From Octopus vulgaris (taxonomy: Eukaryota): 64,000 nt of DNA. The translations under genes were made by a program, and so were the position numbers. The notes beneath the pieces are model-generated. The model had not been told where the DNA came from. It was given only the letters and a program-made list of their open reading frames with translations, and did not search any database. The stretch is from the NCBI GenBank assembly GCA_951406725.2, contig OX597814.1, forward strand, positions 5,394,001 to 5,458,000. The letters are read 5' to 3'. Below, in pieces: positions 24,770 through 35,901 of this stretch. Every line of letters begins with the position of its first letter. Position 1 is the stretch's first letter.

Positions 24770-26460
24770 ATTGGAGAGTGATCAAATTGTTGGATCAGGT
24801 GATGAAAGTCAAGGAGAGGGTCATAGCCCAACTAATTAGGGAGAGAGTTAGTTTAGACAAGATGCAGTTTGGGTTTGTACTAGGGAGAAGCACCACCGAC
24901 GTTATGTTCCTGGTAAGACAGCTGCGGGAAATAAACCTCTGTACCTAGCCAAAGATAAACCTCTGTACTTGGCCTTCATTGACATAAAGAAAGCTTTTGA
25001 CAGAGTTCCCCGATCCCTTATCTAGAGGTCACTGCAGAAACTAGGGATAAATGAAAGGTTGGTGAGAGCTGTTCAATCCATGTACAGGGGTGCTGTCAGT
25101 AAGTTGAGGGTTGGCAAGAAGTACAGTGAAAAATTCCGGCTAGAAGTAGAGGTTCACCTCAGCCCCCTCTTATTCATCATAGTCCTCCAAGCAGTAACCA
25201 AGGAATTCAAGATAGGCTGCCCCTGGGAGCTCCTCTAAGCTGATGTCTTTCCTCTAATAGCTGATTGACTATCAGAACTAAAGAAGTTCCAGGCATGGAA
25301 GCAAGGTCTAGAATCAAAGGGCCTTAGAGTTGATCTAGAAAAAAAAACAAAGTTTTAGTAAGTAGGAAGGTTGACATATCACAAATTCCTTCAGGTGGGT
25401 GGCCCTGCTTGATCTGCAGAAAAGGTGTAGGTAGAAACTCCATAAGATAAACCCAGTGCAAACTATGGACACATAAGAGGTGCAGCAATGTAAAAGGTAG
25501 GTTAACCGGGAAGATAGTTGTTGTGTGTGGCAGATGTATAGGTACAATAAGCACTAGAAATGTACAGAAAATAAACTCCATCAAATGTCTGTGAGGGAGA
25601 CCTAGAAGTAGTTGACAGCTTCTGCTATCTAGGTGAACAAATTAGCAGTGGAAGTGGACGCTCCAAGAGCATAGGTGCAAGAATAAGATTAGGTTGGGCA
25701 AAGTTCAGAGAGCTTTTACCTTTGTTGGTAATGAAGAGCCTCTCCCTCAGAGTGAAAGGTAGACTGTACGATACCTGTGTGCAAACAGCCATGCTATACG
25801 ACAGTGAAACATGGGTTGTGGCTGCAGAGGACATGCAAAGGCTTGAAAGAAATGAAACTAGTCTGCTTCACTGGATGTGCAATGTCAGTGTGCATGTATG
25901 GCAGAGTGTAAGCATCTGGAGAGAAAAATGGTGCACAATAGGTATCAGATGTGGTGTGCAAGAGAGAAGACTGCACTGTAGAGGGGACATGTGGAAGAGA
26001 TCGACCCAAGATAGACAAGGGACGAGGTGGTGAAGAATGATCCTCAAACATTGGGCCTCATGGTGGCTATGACTAGTGGCTGAGACCTTTGGCAATATTC
26101 TGTGCTTAAGAAGACCCATCGAGCCAAGTGAAATTGTAGTTGTGGCTGATGCCAGTGTTACGTAAAAAGTACCTTACAAACTTTGGGCCACACAGAGGTG
26201 ATAAGTTTCTGAGACCCCTGGCAATTTACCATGCTTGAGAAGACCCATCAAACCAAGTGAAATCGTAGACGATGCTGGTGTCACATAAAAAGCACCCATT
26301 TCACTCTTGGAGTGGCTGGCATATGGAAAGGCATCCAGCTGTAGAAACTGTGTCAAATCTGACTGGAACCTGGTGCAGCTCTCCAGCCTATCAGTTTCAG
26401 TCAAATCGTCCAACCCATGCCAGCATGGAAAGTGGATGTTAAATGACGATGATGATGATG
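24770..26460 (+). mobile_element. RTE-clade LINE, 5'-truncated, degenerate
   Basis: RT and C-terminal remnants (ORF 25722-26033); (GAT)n tail at about 26445-26462. Confidence 0.88.
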
Positions 26461-27229
26461 ATTTACATTTTCTACTAATAATTCTTTAGAGAGAAATTTC
26501 TTGAAATAAGTGTTTTATTTTGTTATGTCCAATAATGTTGAACCAAGAGTTTTAGAGTTGCCTGACTCTAAAGTATTTACGAGAGGCCATTTAGCTCTGG
26601 AAGCCTTCTTCAACTGAATAACCAAGTTTCTTTCCTTGAACAGGTTCCCCTCTTAGAAATTACTTATCACATGACCATCAGCCTGAGTCATGTGATGTGG
26701 TAAGCATGTACATTGTGTGTAGCAGACAACACTGCCATATGAGTGATATATACACGAAAGACAAATTATAAGAAAGGTTTTAAAATGCACCATATATACA
26801 TACACACACACACATATATATAGATATATATAGATATCCTTGATAAAAATTTCAAAGACTACATGTTTATTATGGACTTCTGGTCACACATGTGCAATGA
26901 TATACAGCAACTAGCCTGAGCATTACCTGCACCATACATACACATGTGTGTCCCAATGAATTTCTTTCGTCATAATTTAAAGAAAAGCATACTTATTTAA
27001 TGAGATTTTCTATAAAGATGCTTCAGATGGTATAAATACCAATTCTATTGGAATTTGTTGTAAAAAAAAAATCTTTCAAAACAAATATCTGACATGTTGA
27101 TACATGTCAGATATTTGTTTATGTCAGCAATTTTTATTTTCATATTAAATTCCATCATTATCGTAATATACAGACTCTTAAAGGTATTTGTGGAAATTTT
27201 CATTTAAAGATAATCATTTTCCCAAAAGT

Positions 27230-27478
27230 TATCATCATCATCATCTTTTAACGTCTGTTTTCCATGCTGGCATGGGTTGGACGGTTCAACTGGGGTCTGG
27301 GAAGCCAGGAGGCTGTACCAGGCTCCAATCTGATCTGGCAGTGTTTCTACAGCTGGATGTCCTTCCTAATGCCAACAACTCCGTGAGTGTACTGGGGGCT
27401 TTTTACATACCACTGGCACAGAGGCCAGAGGAGGCTGGCAACGGTCATGATTGGTTGGTGCTTTTTACGTGCCAAAAG
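27230..27478 (-). mobile_element. RTE-tail SINE / RTE 3' fragment
   Basis: (CAT)n followed by ttccatgctggcatgggttggacgg...ctggatg..cttcctaatgccaac, as at 705, 15120, 52925 and 56180. Confidence 0.8.
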
Positions 27479-27901
27479 GAACCAAATTTGACTGGTGTGA
27501 ATTTTCTGAAACTCCTCTCTCCACTTCCTCAAAAACATTTTTTTCACAACAAATTCCAAACTTACTGGAATCTACACCATCTGAAGCCTGTTTTAATAAA
27601 TGTTTTAAGAAAAAAAGGAGGAGGAAGATCACATTTTACTAACCAGTTTCATTGTTTTCAGACTTTGAAAGTTTCAAGTATGTTCTTCAATGTATTTTTA
27701 GTCCATGTGGTAGAAGAAATAGATGGAAATAATGTTATATAGCCTTGTTGCTATATAAAAGGTCGGGGGGGGGGGGTGACTACAAGTTAGTACGTATTCT
27801 CTTGCTAAATCATATTTTCAGAAAGGAATATCATTACTATTTATATGGAACAAAGAAGTTCTTTTAACAGAGAGAGATAATGTTTAATTGTTTATTTTCA
27901 G

Positions 27902-28020
27902 AAGCCACATCATTAAACCCATCCCTTCCTGGTCCACAACAGAAAGCAACCCCTATGACGTCCAGAGAAAATGCTGGCATCAAAATAAACCTAACGATTA
28001 ATTCAATTTCGAATGCATTT
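27902..28020 (+). CDS. PARP14: PARP14-like exon, linker and start of macrodomain 2
   Basis: ttattttcag|AAGCC...GCATTT|gtgagt; 119 nt, phase 1-0. EATSLNPSLPGPQQKATPMTSRENAGIKINLTINSISNAF; paralogous to 50475-50569. Confidence 0.85.
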
Positions 28021-28301
28021 GTGAGTAAATAGATTCATGTAACTTATTTATATTTAATTGTTATTTCATTTCCAAATGAGGAATCATTACAGTTAATTAA
28101 AACATTTTCTCAGTCAAACTCAAACATTTTATTTCCTTCACATCTGATATCTTGAGTACATCTTTTGCTAACTTTAACAACCTCAAACTTACTACAGCCA
28201 TTCTGTAGAGCCTTTCTTAACAACAATATCAACTGCAACAATGTATCTCTCTTCTCTCCACGAAATGTTCCTTAGCTGTTTAACATAAATTACTTTTTTA
28301 G

Positions 28302-28529
28302 GTTGATGTCATCGTTAACAGCTCCAATAAAAACCTCCAGCTTAATGATGGTTCTATCTCCAAATTTATTCTCAATGCTGCTGGTCCCCAGATACAAAGC
28401 GAATGTAACCAGAAATATCCTCAAGGTATTTCTATGTCTGAAATAGCCATCACTGAAGGATATAACCTCAAATGTAAGAATGTATTTCATCTGGCATTAC
28501 CTCCCTGGGATGAAAATTCCTCTGATTCA
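28302..28529 (+). CDS. PARP14: PARP14-like exon, macrodomain 2
   Basis: actttttttag|GTTGAT...TCA|gtaagt; 228 nt, phase 0-0. VDVIVNSSNKNLQLNDGSISKFILNAAGPQIQSECNQKYPQGISMSEIAITEGYNLKCKNVFHLALPPW. Not in the ORF track (no start codon). Confidence 0.9.
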
Positions 28530-29109
28530 GTAAGTATCAATCATATGATATTGATTTATTGAAACAGTTAATGTTTGAAGAGAACCTTATGCATGTTGTG
28601 TGAGAATGATAAAGCAAATGTCAGCATCCTGTTTAATATTTGTTCTTCCAAGTTATCATTGGAAGGAAGCAGAAGATATCGATGAACAGGACACTTTTAT
28701 ATATAAATAGAAGGGAAAAAGCCTCATGGCCTAACAACAGTTATGTGACTGATAAATAAGACTATATTAAAACATATTTCTCTGTTTTACTCTCTGTATT
28801 GGTGAGTTTTTCTCTGTCATGGCACGAGCACTAGAGAGGTTGTCATGTCCTCAACAACACTAAAGACTCCTCTTGGGTCTGCATTGTCTCTCTTCATTCA
28901 ACAACCATTTTACACGGTGGATTGGGTCTGTTTTATTGTAGCAGCAACATGAGTGAGGTTGCCTTGTCCCTTGCAGGACTAAAGAGTGATAGGAATGACA
29001 GTTGTGAGGAGAGAATATATTTATTACAACTAAATGGTTTCTTCCTGTAATAAGAAAATAATTTAATAAAATGTCTATTACCATTTACTAGACACTTATT
29101 TTCTTTTAG

Positions 29110-29337
29110 ATTCTGGCAAACTTGACTCAAATAATAACCATTTGTCTATACACTGCGGAGAGAATGGGTGCAAAGAGCCTTGCATTTCCTATATTAGGAG
29201 CTGGGGTACTAAGGTACCCCATTGAAGAATTACCTGGAATTATGTATGAAGCAGTGAAAAACTACTCAATTCAAAATACAAGCCAGATCAAAGTTGTAAA
29301 CTTTGTGGTTTATCCTCAAGACACAGAAATAGTAAAG
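29110..29337 (+). CDS. PARP14: PARP14-like exon, macrodomain 2 C-terminal half
   Basis: ttcttttag|ATTCTG...AAG|gttggt; 228 nt, phase 0-0. Contains AKSLAFPILGAGVLRYP and IKVVNFVVYPQD. Confidence 0.9.
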
Positions 29338-30799
29338 GTTGGTTGATGTATTTGTTGTTTGTTGTTTTATGCAGCATTGGGAGGGGGAGAAGGTGCCGAA
29401 AGGAGGTGGGAGGAGGAAAGGTAGTCAGGATGGGGTGGGGGTAGTATGTGCCTATTCTGCTTTCAGGTGATAGAGGAAATGGTGGGTGTGAGGGGATGAA
29501 ATGTGTGTGTATGGAGTGGAGAAGAAGGTTGACATGGCAGAGCCCGTCATCGACAAACATTATCATTATTAGGATATCAATTCTGTTGTGGTGGGCATGT
29601 CTTCTTGAGTACAGCAATGTACCATATATCTCATCCCTTTGTCATCTCCTTCATAAGGCTCACTGTTTTGAGATTGGCCTTCAATTCTTCATCCCATGTC
29701 TTCCTGGGGTCTCCCTCTTCCACAGCTTCCAACAACATCAAATTCCAACTTGATATTTTTCGAATTAACCCAAAACATATTCTGTAATTAATGAAGGAAA
29801 TGATTATGAAGATAAAATATGGAATCAGTTTGGTAAATTTATTTGTTGGTGTCTTAGAATTCTTCAGTTGGAATGTTGGAATCTTTGATGTGTCTCATGG
29901 CCCTGTCTTCCATACTTTTAGGTTAGCTTGGTTTTCTTCAACTCTTCCATTCCATGATTTAATTCTTTGTAACTTGATATGGATTCAGTGTAGCTACCTC
30001 CTCCTCCACAACCACCACCACTACCACTACCTACCCACAACATCCTTCAACAATTTCATTTTGGTTACTGACCAACCAAAAATGTGTTAATGGCACCACC
30101 AGAACACTGATGGTTTTCTTTCATTTCTGTTCTTCAAAGTGGAACACTTTGGAAACTCTTCCCACAATTCTTTACATTTCTTCTCAAAGTTGGGTGAATC
30201 AATTAAGGGGCTTCTATGCTGTGGCTTGACTTGCTAGTAATAGCAGCCAAGTGTCCCTGGCAGAGTTGTAAGGGGGTCAGATAGGATACCTTCTGCTATT
30301 TGTTTCAGCCCTTGGCATTCTAAGCTCAAACCCTGTCATGGCCATGCTGGATTGTTAACTTAATCCGTCATTTGGTTTCACACCAACCCTTGGCACCTTG
30401 GCTATGTTTACTGGAATTATCTTTGTCACAAGCATTTCAGTGAGGTGTCTGATTTGAGGGAATTTAAGATTTCAGCAAAGAAGGAAGGGGAAATGTTTTA
30501 ACTTAATCTGAATCTAACGAAAGACTAGCTTGCTGTTTGAATTGGTCAGTGACTGAGTGAATTCAGCTGAAGATTTTTATGATGTCAACAAGTAATGTTC
30601 ACAAGTATTGAAGAAAGTGATATATATATAGAGAGAGAGCAAGGGTAAAAAGACAGAGTGTCAGAGAGAGAGAGAGAGGAAATACATGTGCTTTTAAGAA
30701 TAGGTTCAGCATGGTGTCAGTCTGAGTGTTTTAAAGAACTGATTTCTATTATTATTATATTTTAAAAGGATGGATGTAACTCTTCTCAAAGGTAAACAG

Positions 30800-32000
30800 A
30801 CAATACAAAGAGCATGATGGGATTGCAATAGATATTTCATTGGTTGAATGATATTTCAGAAGCCATCTGGTTTGCCAGTCCTCAGTCAAATCGTTCAACC
30901 CATGCTAGCATGGAAAGCAGACGTTAAACGATGATGATGATGATGATAAAGCCTGTCTTTGTCGAGTTCAAAGGGAAAAGTGATAAAAATTCAAAATTAT
31001 AGAAATTCAAATCTAAAATATGAACAAGAGCAACCAGCATCCATGCGTTGATGGAATAACATCAGAAATCCTTTAGTGAATATCTAGGACCAAAATTTCA
31101 CTGGCATTTCAAAAGTGTTGAATGAAAGTTACCAGCTTTTTGCAGTAAAATATCCTTGTTTCAAAACAAATATTTCCTCAGTCGCCCATTGTAGCTGTTA
31201 GACAGAATAAAAATATAAGAGAATTATTAACCTCTACTTCTGACTCCAAGAAAACTAACATTGGGGTACCTGCATGCTGTACCCTGAAAAACAGCCGCAA
31301 AAGAGGTAAGCCCTGTTCATTGAACAACAACATGAATCAAGTGAATTCCATCAGGTATCATATCAGAAATGTTATGATTTATACAGAAGGTGGGACATGT
31401 AGAGATTCCCATTTGGTGTATGCAGCAGAATGCACGAAACACAACTTGGTTTATGTTGGTTGCACAAAAGAACAATTAAACAAAAGATTTAATGGGCACA
31501 AATATGACGTCAGGCACAATAACGGTAATTGGACGGAACTTGCTGAACATTTTGCATCAAATGGCTGCAATTTTGAAAAAGACTCGAGAAAGTGCATATT
31601 CTCAGTAAATATTCTAAATCTGTTTCACTTTCAATACTCAAAATGCATGAGGAGAAATGTTTGTGGGTTATTAAAATCATGGCCTGGATGAACGAATTAA
31701 ATGAAAGAATTTCACAAAACAGTTTGATTAAATAGTCTTCTTTTTCCTTTTCTTTATCTTTTATTTTTTTCTCTTTTTTCTTTCTTTTTCTTTTCACTAC
31801 CTGAAAAATTGAAGCTTGAAGATTGATGATGTTATTCCATCAACGCATGGACGCTGGTTGCTCTTGTTCATATTTTAGATTTGAATTTCTATAATTTTGA
31901 ATTTTTATCACTTTTCCCTTTGAACTCGACAAAGACAGGCTTGCTGTTGAAATATCGTTCAACAATAAAATAGCTATTGTAATCATATCAGGCTCTTCAT
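30800..32000 (+). mobile_element. Penelope-like element: GIY-YIG fragment flanked by inverted terminal repeats
   Basis: ORF 31320-31691 (GIY-YIG). 30949-31064 is the reverse complement of 31827-31942 (116 bp, one mismatch by eye). The left repeat is split by an RTE-tail insertion at about 30862-30948. Confidence 0.82.
31920..31962 (+). ncRNA. Minimal type I hammerhead-like motif (U3-A8 variant family)
   Basis: TTGAAC-TCGACAA-A-GACAG-GCTTG-CTGTT-GAAA-TA-TC-GTTCAA; the sister copy at 63545-63587 has TTGACAA. Confidence 0.55.
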
Positions 32001-32074
32001 CTCGTCTATTATTATTGTTGTTGTTATTGTTATTATTATTGTTATTATTATTATTATTATTATTAATATTATTA

Positions 32075-32522
32075 TAGACGTTGCACAGTATACAATATTG
32101 TGAGGTTGTTGATTGAAGATATTGTGTCTACTGGGGGTTTGTACTGTTTGTCAAGTCACAACAAGGACCTCAGACAGAGAGTACTTTACACAATATGCAT
32201 CCAATTCCAGTAATGCTGACTTCTGCAATATACCTACATTGGAGAGCATTTCTAAGGACTTCAGATGTTTTTTTTTCAGATGGGATGGTATTGAACCCAA
32301 TACTCCGATGACAATAGGGATAACCTTTACGTTCGACTCTTGTACCTGCCACATCTTAGCAATCTCAACTCTCAGCTCTCCTTATTTATCAATATTTTCT
32401 CTTTCTTTCACGATGATAAGTTGATCTCCTGGCACTGCCAAATCGATTATTTGGCACTCTTGTTTGTCCCTCCTAAAGGTTTCTATATCCAGCGTTCGGT
32501 GCTCTAACACTTTGTCTGTCTG
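32075..32522 (-). mobile_element. RLE-type LINE 3' fragment (second family)
   Basis: IIDLAVPGD...KE.E..DK and VIPIVIGVLGSIP...LQKSALL RLE motifs; homolog at 62885-63435. Confidence 0.82.
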
Positions 32523-33124
32523 AGAGAGAGAGAGAGAGAAATCTTTTTGGAAGAAGGAATGCAAATCTTTATTCTTTCTCTGAATCTCTCTCTCTCACTT
32601 TCTCTATATAATGACACATACACATACATGTACACACACATACATTCTTATATATGTATTACGATGATGATGATGATGATATTTTAGAAACAGATCTAGA
32701 AAAACACAATAAAAGCAGCAAAGACAAACTGTAGTGTCATCACCACCACCACCACCGTCACCATCATCATCATAGCATCCACTTTTCTGTGCTTGCATGG
32801 ATTGGATGGAATTTGTTGAGGTGGATTTTCTATGGCTTGACGCCTTTGCTGTCACCAACCCTCACCTCGTTCCAAGGGAGGTAACTATTTCCCCCATTTT
32901 ACAAAATATTAGAAACAAAGGACACTGCTTGCATAACAGGGACACTCGCCTACAACTATCACACAATGTCAAAGCAGAGAAAAACACTTGCACACATATG
33001 TACGACAGGCTTCTTTCAGTTTCTGCTTACCAGACCCATTCACTGGGCTTTGTTTGGCCTAAGGCTGAAGTCGAAGAGACTTGTCCAAGGTGCCATACAT
33101 TGAGACTGAACCTAAATCAAGGCA

Positions 33125-33480
33125 ATTAAAAACAATAGCAACAGATGCAGTATTAACACCAAATGGCAATCTTTATATCCAACAAAATGTGGAGGCTGTT
33201 ATTTACTGTGTTATTTACCTTGAGAGGAGCTTTCCTATGAACACATGGTGCATAAAAGCACTCACATTTATATTGTTGGCAGATGACAATCATCTGTCTA
33301 CTGGCACCAGAACTGCCAGATCATGTATTTTCACTCTGCCTGGGTCCATCAGTGACAGACATCCAACAGCGACACCATAGCTGAATCTCACTGTCAACGA
33401 TATATATACACTTTCACGTCATTTCAGAATATTCATGTTGCAAATAGCCAGAAGACTTATTAGAGGTAATTAATAGTTAG
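33125..33480 (-). ncRNA. Circularly permuted monomer of the 338-nt hammerhead repeat
   Basis: Minus strand CTGTCA-CTGATGG-ACCC-AGGCA-GAGT-GAAA-ATACATGA-TC-TGGCAG (33313-33358); both flanks align to the 19838-20350 unit. Confidence 0.6.
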
Positions 33481-33539
33481 AAGGTTTATTAGAAATAACT
33501 GATAGCCAGAAGGCTTATTAAAGATAGATAATAGTCATA

Positions 33540-35815
33540 ATGATTGTGAAAAGAAAGAGGCTTGGAGAAGCCATTATGAAAGACTGCTGAATGTTGAGAA
33601 TAACTGGGAGGAGGAGGGCCTGCCAAATGTTGACTCAGTAGAGGGACCAGCTATCCGAATAGACAGCTCCCTTGTAGTTAAGGCAATTAAGGGTATGAAG
33701 ACAGGAAAAGCCCCACCCCCACCTCCCGTCCCATCAGGAATCACTGCAGAGGTGCTTAAAATATCTGGTGGGGTGGGCCATGGCCTAGTCACTCGGTCTG
33801 TAAACCAGGTAGTTCATGAAGGAGTCATACCCAATGACTGGTGTAGCAGCACCATAGTCAACTGCTACAAGGGGTAAAGGAGATGCTTTAGATAGAAATA
33901 ACTACAGGGATGTCAAACTGCTGGATCAGGGGATGAAAGTCATGGAGAGGGACATAGCCCAACTGATTAGGGAGAGAGTTAGCCTAGATGAGATGCAGTT
34001 TGGTTTTGTGCCAGGTAGAAGCACCACTGATGCTATATTTCTGGTACAGCAACTGCAAGAGAAACCCCTGTTCTTGTCTTTTGTGGACTTGGAGAAAGCC
34101 TTTGTTAGGGTCCCCTGATCCCGTATCTGGAGAGCGATGCAGAAACTAGGGATTGATGAAGAGTTAATAAGGGCTGTACAGGCCCGATGCAGAGATGCTG
34201 TTAGTAAGGTTAGGGTTAGCAATGAGGATAGTGAGGAATTTCGGGTTGAAGTAGGGGCCCACCAAGGATCAGACCTCAGCCCCCTCTTATTCATCATAGT
34301 CCTCCAGGCAATAACAGAGGAATTCAAGATGGGTTGCCCCTGGGAGCTCCTCTATGTTGATGACCTGGCTCTCATAGCAGAATCGCTACCAGAACTAGAG
34401 ATGAAACTTCAGGTGTGGAAGCATGGTTTAAAATCGAAGCGCCTTAGAGTCAATGTTGTGAAAAACCAAAGTCTTAGTAAATAGGAAGGCGAACACATCA
34501 CATACACCTTCAGGTAAATGGCCCTGCTCAATCTGTAGAAAAGGTGTATGTAGAAACTCCATAAGATGTACTCAGTGTAAGCTATAGATGCATAAGAGGT
34601 GCATCAACATCAAAGGAAGATTAACCGGGAAGATAGCTTTCGTGTGCAGCAGATGCAATGGGGCAATAAATACCACAGATGCTCAGAAAACAGATTCCAT
34701 CACATGCCAGGGGTGAAACTTGAAGTAGTTGATAGATTCTGCTACCTAGGTGGCCAAGGTAGTCGTGGGGGTGGATGCTCAGAGAGTGTTACCACTGGAA
34801 TAAGAATAGCCTGGGCAAAGTTTAGAAAGCTTCAACCCCTACTGGTGATAAAGGGCCTCTCTTTCAGAGTGAAAGGTAGATTGTATGATGCATGTGTGTG
34901 AACTGCCATGCCTGACAGTAGTGAAACATGACTGTAGCTGCAGAGGACATGCGTAGGCTTGAAAGAAATGAAGCTAGCATGATCCGCTGGATGTGTAATG
35001 TCAGTGTGCATGCACAACAGAGTGTAAGTGCCCTGAGAGAAATGCTGGACATAAGAAGCATTGGATGTGGCTTGCAAGAGAGACGTCTGCGCTGGTATGG
35101 TCATGTACTGCGGATAGATGTGGAGAGCTGTTTGAAGAAATGCCACTCCTAAACAGTGGAAGGAATCCTTGGTAGAGGGAGACCTAGTAAGACATGGGAT
35201 GAGGTGGTGAAACATGACCATCGAATGTTGGGCCTTACAGAGGCAATGACGAAAGACCAAGACCTCTGTGACTGAGAAGACCCAGCAAATAAAGTGAGAT
35301 CACAGGTGTCGCCTACGCCAGTGTAGCATAACCAGCCCCTCTGTACCTTGGATCATAGGGCGACATGCCATGCTTCAGGAGACATATTGAGTCACATACA
35401 TCAACATCAAATCAAACCACAATCAAATGGAAATTGTAGTTGTGGCTGATGCCAGCGTCACCTGTCTGGCTCCTGTGCCAGTGGCACATAAAAAAAAGCA
35501 CCATCCAAAGGTACCTGATGCCAGCACTGTCTTGACTGACTTCCATGCCAGTGGCACGTAAAAGCACCATCCAAACATGGTCGATGCCAGACCCATGTGG
35601 CCCTCATGCCAGTGGCATGTAAAAATAAGCACCTACTACACTCTCAGAATGTTTGGCATTAGGAAGGGCATCCAGCTGTAGAAACACTGCCAGATCTGAC
35701 TGGAGTCTGGTGCAGCCAGCTGGCTTCCGAGACACCAGTTGAACTGTCCAACCAATGACAGTATGGAAAACAGATGTTAAACGATGACAATGATGACAAT
35801 GATGATGATGATGGT
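33540..35815 (+). mobile_element. RTE-clade LINE, 5'-truncated, degenerate
   Basis: RT ORF pieces 33933-34484 (QFGFVPGRSTTDAIF, FVDLEKAF, LLYVDDL), C-terminal pieces, (GAT)n tail. Confidence 0.9.
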
Positions 35816-35901
35816 GAATTGATAGCCAGAAGGTATATTAATTATAATTACTAGCCAGAAGGTTTATTAAAGATAATTCATATCCAGCAAGTTAATTAAA
35901 G

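Noticed and set aside
28290-28490. Duplicated minus-strand 66-aa ORFs (also 50839-51039)
   Set aside because: They are antisense shadows of the macrodomain exons on the plus strand.
30770-30792. Possible micro-exon (aag|GATGG...AAAG|gtaaac), repeated near 63958
   Set aside because: It lies at the edge of the PLE terminal-repeat homology, and 23 nt does not fit the exon phases.
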